In this document: piece after piece, positions 1 to 4,596 of the stretch | Layout of the letters: every line of letters starts with the position of its first letter | Position numbering within the stretch: position 1 is the first letter of the stretch | IMG/VR virus record: IMGVR_UViG_2695420426_000010 | DNA length: 4,596 bases | Reading direction: 5' to 3' (one strand) | Source: a virus | Lineage: Duplodnaviria > Heunggongvirae > Uroviricota > Caudoviricetes | The notes under the pieces: model-generated | Databases searched by the model: none | The model's input: the letters and a program-made list of their open reading frames with translations, nothing else | What the model was told of the DNA's origin: nothing | Translations under genes and position numbers: made by a program

Positions 1-2
1 AT

Positions 3-6
3 GGAG
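3..6 (+). promoter_or_regulatory. Shine-Dalgarno-like ribosome binding site for J
   Basis: GGAG at 3..6 with an 8-nt spacer to ATG at 15; an in-frame TGA at 9..11 immediately precedes the start. Confidence 0.6.
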
Positions 7-14
7 CATGACGA

Positions 15-3000
15 ATGGGTAAAGGCAGCAGTAAGGGGCATACCCCGCGCGAAGCGAAGGACAACCTGAAGTCCACGCAGCTGCTGAGTGTGATCGATGC
101 CATCAGTGAAGGGCCGGTTGAAGGTCCGGTGGATGGATTAAAAAGCGTGCTGCTGAACAGTACGCCGGTGCTGGACAATGAGGGGAATACCAACATCTCC
201 GGCGTCACGGTGGTGTTCCGGGCAGGTGAGCAGGAGCAGTCACCGCCGGAGGGATTTGAATCCTCCGGCTCCGAGACGGTGCTGGGTACGGAAGTGAAAT
301 ATGACACGCCGATCACCCGGACCATCACGTCGGCAAACATCGACCGTCTGCGCTTTACCTTCGGTGTACAGGCACTGGTGGAAACCACCTCAAAGGGAGA
401 CAGGAATCCGTCTGAAGTTCGCCTGCTGGTTCAGATACAGCGTAACGGTGGCTGGGTGACGGAAAAAGACATCACCATTAAGGGCAAAACCACCTCGCAG
501 TATCTGGCCTCGGTGGTGGTGGATAACCTGCCGCCGCGCCCGTTTAATATCCGGATGCGCAGAATGACGCCGGACAGCACCACAGACCAGCTGCAGAACA
601 AAACGCTCTGGTCGTCATACACCGAAATCATCGATGTGAAACAGTGCTACCCGAACACGGCACTGGTCGGCGTACAGGTGGATTCGGAGCAGTTCGGCAG
701 CCAGCAGGTGAGCCGTAATTATCATCTTCGCGGGCGCATTCTGCAGGTGCCGTCGAACTATAATCCGCAGACGCGGCAATACAGCGGTATCTGGGACGGA
801 ACGTTAAAACCGGCATACAGCAACAACATGGCCTGGTGTCTGTGGGATATGCTGACCCATCCGCGCTATGGCATGGGGAAACGTCTTGGTGCGGCAGATG
901 TGGATAAATGGGCGCTGTATGTCATCGGCCAGTACTGTGACCAGTCGGTGCCGGACGGCTTTGGCAGCACGGAGCCGCGCATCACCTGTAATGCCTGGCT
1001 GACCACACAGCGCAAGGCGTGGGATGTGCTCAGTGATTTCTGCTCGGCGATGCGCTGTATGCCGGTATGGAACGGGCAGACGCTGACGTTCGTGCAGGAC
1101 CGACCGTCGGATAAGGTGTGGACCTATAACCGCAGTAATGTGGTGATGCCGGATGATGGCGCGCCGTTCCGCTACAGCTTCAGCGCCCTGAAAGACCGCC
1201 ATAATGCCGTTGAGGTGAACTGGATTGACCCGGATAACGGCTGGGAGACGGCGACAGAGCTTGTGGAGGATACGCAGGCCATTGCCCGTTACGGTCGTAA
1301 CGTCACGAAGATGGATGCTTTTGGCTGTACCAGCCGGGGGCAGGCACACCGCGCCGGGCTGTGGCTGATTAAAACAGAAGGGCCGGTTGAAGGTCCGGTG
1401 GATGGATTAAAAAGCGTGCTGCTGAACAGTACGCCGGTGCTGGACAATGAGGGGAATACCAACATCTCCGGCGTCACGGTGGTGTTCCGGGCAGGTGAGC
1501 AGGAGCAGTCACCGCCGGAGGGGTTTGAATCCTCCGGCTCCGAGACGGTGCTGGGTACGGAAGTGAAATATGACACGCCGATCACCCGGACCATCACGTC
1601 GGCAAACATCGACCGTCTGCGCTTTACCTTCGGTGTACAGGCACTGGTGGAAACCACCTCAAAGGGAGACAGGAATCCGTCGGAAGTCCGCCTGCTGGTT
1701 CAGATACAGCGTAACGGTGGCTGGGTGACGGAAAAAGACATCACCATTAAGGGCAAAACCACCTCGCAGTATCTGGTCTCGGTGGTGGTGGATAACCTGC
1801 CTCCGCGCCCGTTCAGTATCCGGATGCGCAGGATGACACCGGACAGCACCACAGACCAGCTGCAGAACAAAACGCTCTGGTCGTCATACACCGAAATCAT
1901 CGATGTGAAACAGTGCTACCCGAACACTGCACTGGTCGGCGTACAGGTGGACTCGGAGCAGTTCGGCAGCCAGCAGGTGAGTCGTAATTATCATCTTCGC
2001 GGGCGCATTCTGCAGGTGCCGTCGAACTATAACCCGCAGACGCGACAATACAGCGGTATCTGGGACGGAACGTTAAAACCAGCATACAGCAACAACATGG
2101 CCTGGTGTCTGTGGGATATGCTGACCCACCCGCGCTACGGCATGGGGAAACGTCTTGGTGCGGCGGATGTGGACAAATGGGCGCTGTATGTCATCGGCCA
2201 GTACTGCGACCAGTCAGTGCCGGACGGCTTTGGCGGCACGGAGCCGCGCATCACCTGTAATGCGTACCTGACCACACAGCGCAAGGCGTGGGATGTGCTC
2301 AGTGATTTCTGCTCGGCGATGCGCTGTATGCCGGTATGGAACGGGCAGACGCTGACGTTCGTGCAGGACCGACAGTCGGATAAGGTGTGGGCCTATAACC
2401 GCAGTAATGTGGTGATGCCGGATGATGGCGCGCCGTTCCGCTACAGTTTCAGCGCCCTGAAAGACCGCCATAATGCCGTTGAGGTGAACTGGATTGACCC
2501 GGATAACGGCTGGGAGACGGCGACAGAGCTTGTGGAGGATACGCAGGCCATTGTCCGTTACGGTCGTAACGTCACGAAGATGGATGCCTTTGGCTGTACC
2601 AGCCGGGGGCAGGCACACCGCGCCGGGCTGTGGCTGATTAAAACAGAACTGCTGGAAACGCAGACCGTGGACTTCAGCGTGGGCGCAGAAGGGCTTCGCC
2701 ATGTGCCGGGCGATGTCATTGAAATCTGTGATGATGACTATGCGGGTATCAGCATCGGCGGGCGCGTGCTGGCGGTAAACAGCCAGACCCGGACGCTGAC
2801 GCTCGACCGTGAAATCACGCTGCCATCCTCCGGTACCATGCTGATAAGCCTGGTTGACGGAAGTGGCAATCCGGTCAGCGTGGAGGTTCAGTCCGTCACC
2901 GACGGCGTGAAGGTGAAAGTGAGCCGTGTTCCTGACGGCGTTGCTGAATACAGCGTGTGGGGGCTGAAGCTGCCGACGTTGCGCCAGCGCCTGTTCCGCT

Positions 3001-4596
3001 GTGTGAGTATCCGTGAGAACGATGACGGCACGTATGCCATCACTGCCGTGCAGCATGTACCGGAAAAAGAAGCCATCGTGGATAACGGGGCGCACTTTGA
3101 CGGCGACCAGAGCGGCACGGTGAATGGTGTCACGCCGCCAGCGGTGCAGCACCTGACTGCCGAAGTCACCGCAGACAGCGGGGAATATCAGGTGCTGGCG
3201 CGCTGGGACACGCCGAAGGTGGTGAAGGGGGTGAGCTTTATGCTTCGCCTGACCGTGGCAGCGGATGACGGCAGTGAGCGGCTGGTCAGCACGGCCCGGA
3301 CGACGGAAACCACATACCGCTTCACGCAACTGGCGCTGGGACGGTACACGCTGACAGTCCGGGCGGTAAATGCCTGGGGACAGCAGGGCGATCCGGCGTC
3401 GGTATCGTTCAGGATTGCCGCACCGGTAGCACCGTCGCGGATTGAGCTGACGCCGGGCTATTTTCAGATAACTGCCACGCCGCATCTTGCGGTTTATGAT
3501 CCGACGGTACAGTTTGAGTTCTGGTTCTCGGAAACGCGGATTACCGATATCAGGCAGGTTGAAACCACAGCCCGCTACCTTGGCGCGGGGCTGTACTGGA
3601 TAGCCGCCAGTATCAATATCAAACCGGGCCATGATTATTACTTTTATATCCGCAGTGTGAACACCGTTGGCAAATCGGCATTCGTGGAGGCCGTCGGTCG
3701 GGCGAGCGATGATGCGGAAGGTTACCTGGATTTTTTCAAAGGCAAGATAACCGAATCCCATCTCGGTAAAGAGCTGCTGGAAAAAGTTGATCTGACGGAG
3801 GATAACGCCAGCAGACTGGATGAGTTTTCGAAAGAGTGGAAGGACGCTAACGATAAATGGAATGCGATGTGGGGCGTCAAAATTGAGCAGACCAAAGACG
3901 GCAAACATTATGTCGCGGGTATTGGCCTCAGCATGGAGGACACGGAGGAAGGCAAGCTGAGCCAGTTTCTGGTTGCCGCCAATCGTATCGCGTTTATTGA
4001 CCCGGCAAACGGGAATGAAACGCCGATGTTTGTGGCGCAGGGCAACCAGATATTCATGAACGACGTGTTCCTGAAGCGCCTGACAGCCCCCGCCATTACC
4101 AGCGGTGGCAGTCCTCCGGTATTTTCCCTGACATCAGACGGAAAGCTGACCGCTAAAAATGCGGATATCAGTGGTAGTGTGAATGCGAACTCAGGAACGC
4201 TCAACAATGTCACGATTAACCAGAACTGTACGATTAAGGGCATGCTGGAGGCGACCCAGGTCAGAGGGGATTTCGTTAAAGCTGTATCAAAAGCCTTCCC
4301 GAAAAAAGTCGGTACGTGGGGTAACACGGAAACACCAGACGGTACGGTTACAGTCACCATCAGCGATGATCATAACTTTGACCGCCAGATTATTATTCCG
4401 CCCATTATTTTTAACGGTATAGCGTATGACGATCCGGGGAGCGGAAATAACCCGGGAGGCACGCGATACACGGGTTATGGTTTTGAAGTTCGCAAAAACG
4501 GCGTATTAATCGCATCCAGAGAAACTAAAGGTGCCATTCCCGGTAGTTACAGTGCAGTTATTGATATGCCTAGTGGTGGTGGTAGCGTCACTCTGG
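15..4596 (+). CDS. J: Lambda-like tail tip / host specificity protein J (central tail fibre), 3'-partial, containing an internal in-frame tandem duplication of residues 33-455
   Basis: Hand translation of the frame starting at ATG 15 gives [168 protein letters not shown]..., which I recognise from memory as near-identical to the N-terminus of phage lambda gpJ. Downstream segments ([62 protein letters not shown]..., ...[124 protein letters not shown]...[15 protein letters not shown]) also match lambda J in the same order. I found no in-frame stop anywhere from 15 to 4596 by hand translation, and a TGA at 9..11 closes the frame just upstream, so ATG 15 is the first start. GGAG at 3..6 sits 8 nt upstream of the ATG. 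The gene runs off the 3' end of the window, which is why the ORF track does not list it. Confidence 0.93.
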   Translation, partial: MGKGSSKGHTPREAKDNLKSTQLLSVIDAISEGPVEGPVDGLKSVLLNSTPVLDNEGNTNISGVTVVFRAGEQEQSPPEGFESSGSETVLGTEVKYDTPITRTITSANIDRLRFTFGVQALVETTSKGDRNPSEVRLLVQIQRNGGWVTEKDITIKGKTTSQYLASVVVDNLPPRPFNIRMRRMTPDSTTDQLQNKTLWSSYTEIIDVKQCYPNTALVGVQVDSEQFGSQQVSRNYHLRGRILQVPSNYNPQTRQYSGIWDGTLKPAYSNNMAWCLWDMLTHPRYGMGKRLGAADVDKWALYVIGQYCDQSVPDGFGSTEPRITCNAWLTTQRKAWDVLSDFCSAMRCMPVWNGQTLTFVQDRPSDKVWTYNRSNVVMPDDGAPFRYSFSALKDRHNAVEVNWIDPDNGWETATELVEDTQAIARYGRNVTKMDAFGCTSRGQAHRAGLWLIKTEGPVEGPVDGLKSVLLNSTPVLDNEGNTNISGVTVVFRAGEQEQSPPEGFESSGSETVLGTEVKYDTPITRTITSANIDRLRFTFGVQALVETTSKGDRNPSEVRLLVQIQRNGGWVTEKDITIKGKTTSQYLVSVVVDNLPPRPFSIRMRRMTPDSTTDQLQNKTLWSSYTEIIDVKQCYPNTALVGVQVDSEQFGSQQVSRNYHLRGRILQVPSNYNPQTRQYSGIWDGTLKPAYSNNMAWCLWDMLTHPRYGMGKRLGAADVDKWALYVIGQYCDQSVPDGFGGTEPRITCNAYLTTQRKAWDVLSDFCSAMRCMPVWNGQTLTFVQDRQSDKVWAYNRSNVVMPDDGAPFRYSFSALKDRHNAVEVNWIDPDNGWETATELVEDTQAIVRYGRNVTKMDAFGCTSRGQAHRAGLWLIKTELLETQTVDFSVGAEGLRHVPGDVIEICDDDYAGISIGGRVLAVNSQTRTLTLDREITLPSSGTMLISLVDGSGNPVSVEVQSVTDGVKVKVSRVPDGVAEYSVWGLKLPTLRQRLFRCVSIRENDDGTYAITAVQHVPEKEAIVDNGAHFDGDQSGTVNGVTPPAVQHLTAEVTADSGEYQVLARWDTPKVVKGVSFMLRLTVAADDGSERLVSTARTTETTYRFTQLALGRYTLTVRAVNAWGQQGDPASVSFRIAAPVAPSRIELTPGYFQITATPHLAVYDPTVQFEFWFSETRITDIRQVETTARYLGAGLYWIAASINIKPGHDYYFYIRSVNTVGKSAFVEAVGRASDDAEGYLDFFKGKITESHLGKELLEKVDLTEDNASRLDEFSKEWKDANDKWNAMWGVKIEQTKDGKHYVAGIGLSMEDTEEGKLSQFLVAANRIAFIDPANGNETPMFVAQGNQIFMNDVFLKRLTAPAITSGGSPPVFSLTSDGKLTAKNADISGSVNANSGTLNNVTINQNCTIKGMLEATQVRGDFVKAVSKAFPKKVGTWGNTETPDGTVTVTISDDHNFDRQIIIPPIIFNGIAYDDPGSGNNPGGTRYTGYGFEVRKNGVLIASRETKGAIPGSYSAVIDMPSGGGSVTL
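111..1379 (+). repeat. Direct tandem repeat copy 1 (1269 bp, J codons 33-455)
   Basis: Sequence from 111 (gggccggttgaaggtccggtggatggattaaaaagcgtgctgctgaacag...) to 1379 (...ggctgtggctgattaaaacagaa) recurs at 1380..2648 with a period of exactly 1269 bp (3 x 423), so the J frame is preserved. The duplicated antisense ORFs in the track (431..631 vs 1700..1900; 628..816 vs 1897..2085) show the same 1269 offset. Confidence 0.95.
1380..2648 (+). repeat. Direct tandem repeat copy 2 (1269 bp, second copy of J codons 33-455)
   Basis: About 97-98% identical to copy 1 by my hand comparison (about 30 substitutions, no indels noticed). It ends at ...ctgattaaaacagaa (2646..2648 = gaa) and is followed by ctgctggaaacgcagaccgtg (LLETQTV), the normal continuation of J. 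Confidence 0.95.
3132..3698 (+). other. Two tandem fibronectin type III-like (Ig-like beta-sandwich) domains within J
   Basis: Two consecutive segments of about 95 aa with FN3-like character: [98 protein letters not shown] and [91 protein letters not shown]. Each has a conserved Trp near its N-terminal strand, a Tyr-containing strand, and a tyrosine corner-like motif (TYRF / YYFYIRSVN). FN3 domains are known in lambda J. Boundaries are approximate. Confidence 0.5.
4204..4596 (+). other. Divergent C-terminal receptor-binding (host-range) module of J, 3'-partial
   Basis: Up to ...[15 protein letters not shown] the protein tracks lambda J closely. From about 4204 it reads [131 protein letters not shown], only distantly similar to my recollection of the lambda C-terminus. 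Composition becomes visibly more AT-rich with rarer codons (ata, aga, cct, agt), e.g. attattattccgcccattatttttaacggtatagcg. The start coordinate is approximate. Confidence 0.55.

Noticed and set aside
1-69. ATG at position 1 opening a 22-codon frame ([22 protein letters not shown])
   Set aside because: It is out of frame with J and stops at TGA 67..69. Its start is the window edge, so it is more likely intergenic or leader sequence than a gene.
431-816. Minus-strand ORFs 431..631 and 628..816, and their copies at 1700..1900 and 1897..2085
   Set aside because: Short antisense ORFs inside J that recur only because of the tandem duplication. They are not independent paralogous genes.
804-1349. 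181-aa minus-strand ORF, with its duplicate inside the 3' end of the 2214..3908 ORF
   Set aside because: Antisense shadow ORF within J. Its apparent duplication is just the 1269-bp tandem repeat.
1289-1657. 122-aa minus-strand ORF spanning the duplication junction
   Set aside because: Antisense to J and Ser/Pro/Thr-rich low complexity. No start context or homology supports it.
111-2648. Diversity-generating retroelement (template/variable repeat pair)
   Set aside because: Substitutions between the copies are mostly transitions of all types and mostly synonymous, not adenine-specific. The repeat is 1.27 kb, far longer than DGR repeats, and lies at the 5' end of the gene, not in the C-terminal variable region. 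No reverse transcriptase is visible in the window.
2214-3908. 564-aa ORF on the minus strand
   Set aside because: It lies wholly antisense to the J coding frame. Its translation is Arg/His/Pro-rich and low-complexity, as expected for the reverse complement of a GC-rich gene, and it resembles nothing I recognise. I treat it as a shadow ORF.
3908-4360. 150-aa minus-strand ORF that looks hydrophobic, plus 60-aa and 93-aa minus-strand ORFs at 3722..3904 and 2888..3169
   Set aside because: All lie antisense within the continuous J frame. The apparent hydrophobicity is a compositional artefact and does not indicate an embedded membrane protein gene.
4183-4422. 79-aa + strand ORF
   Set aside because: It is in a different frame from J and fully overlaps it. 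Its translation is Arg-rich with no recognisable features, so an overlapping gene is unsupported.
1-4596. CRISPR array, tRNA/rRNA or insertion sequence
   Set aside because: I saw no short regularly spaced repeats, no cloverleaf-like structured RNA and no terminal inverted repeats. The only repeat is the large in-frame tandem duplication, and the whole window is one continuous coding frame.

Overview
The whole window is one gene on the + strand: a 3'-truncated lambda-like tail tip / host specificity protein J (central tail fibre), starting at ATG 15 and still open at 4596. This is therefore a lambdoid phage or prophage tail module, probably in an enterobacterial host. I recognised it by translating the frame myself and comparing it with my memory of lambda gpJ; no database search was possible. 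The supplied ORF track misses this gene because it has no stop codon in the window; every listed ORF is an antisense or off-frame shadow inside J. Three things deserve a second look. (1) A 1269-bp segment (423 codons, J residues 33-455) is present twice in direct tandem, in frame, at 111..1379 and 1380..2648, which would give a J protein about 423 aa longer than normal. (2) The two copies differ at about 30 positions, mostly synonymous, so they look like two diverged functional J alleles joined together, either by unequal recombination or by assembly error. (3) The C-terminal receptor-binding region, from about 4204, diverges from lambda J and drops in GC content, consistent with a swapped host-range module for an unknown receptor. 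I see no evidence for any non-phage system (defence, toxin, CRISPR, RNA gene) in this window.
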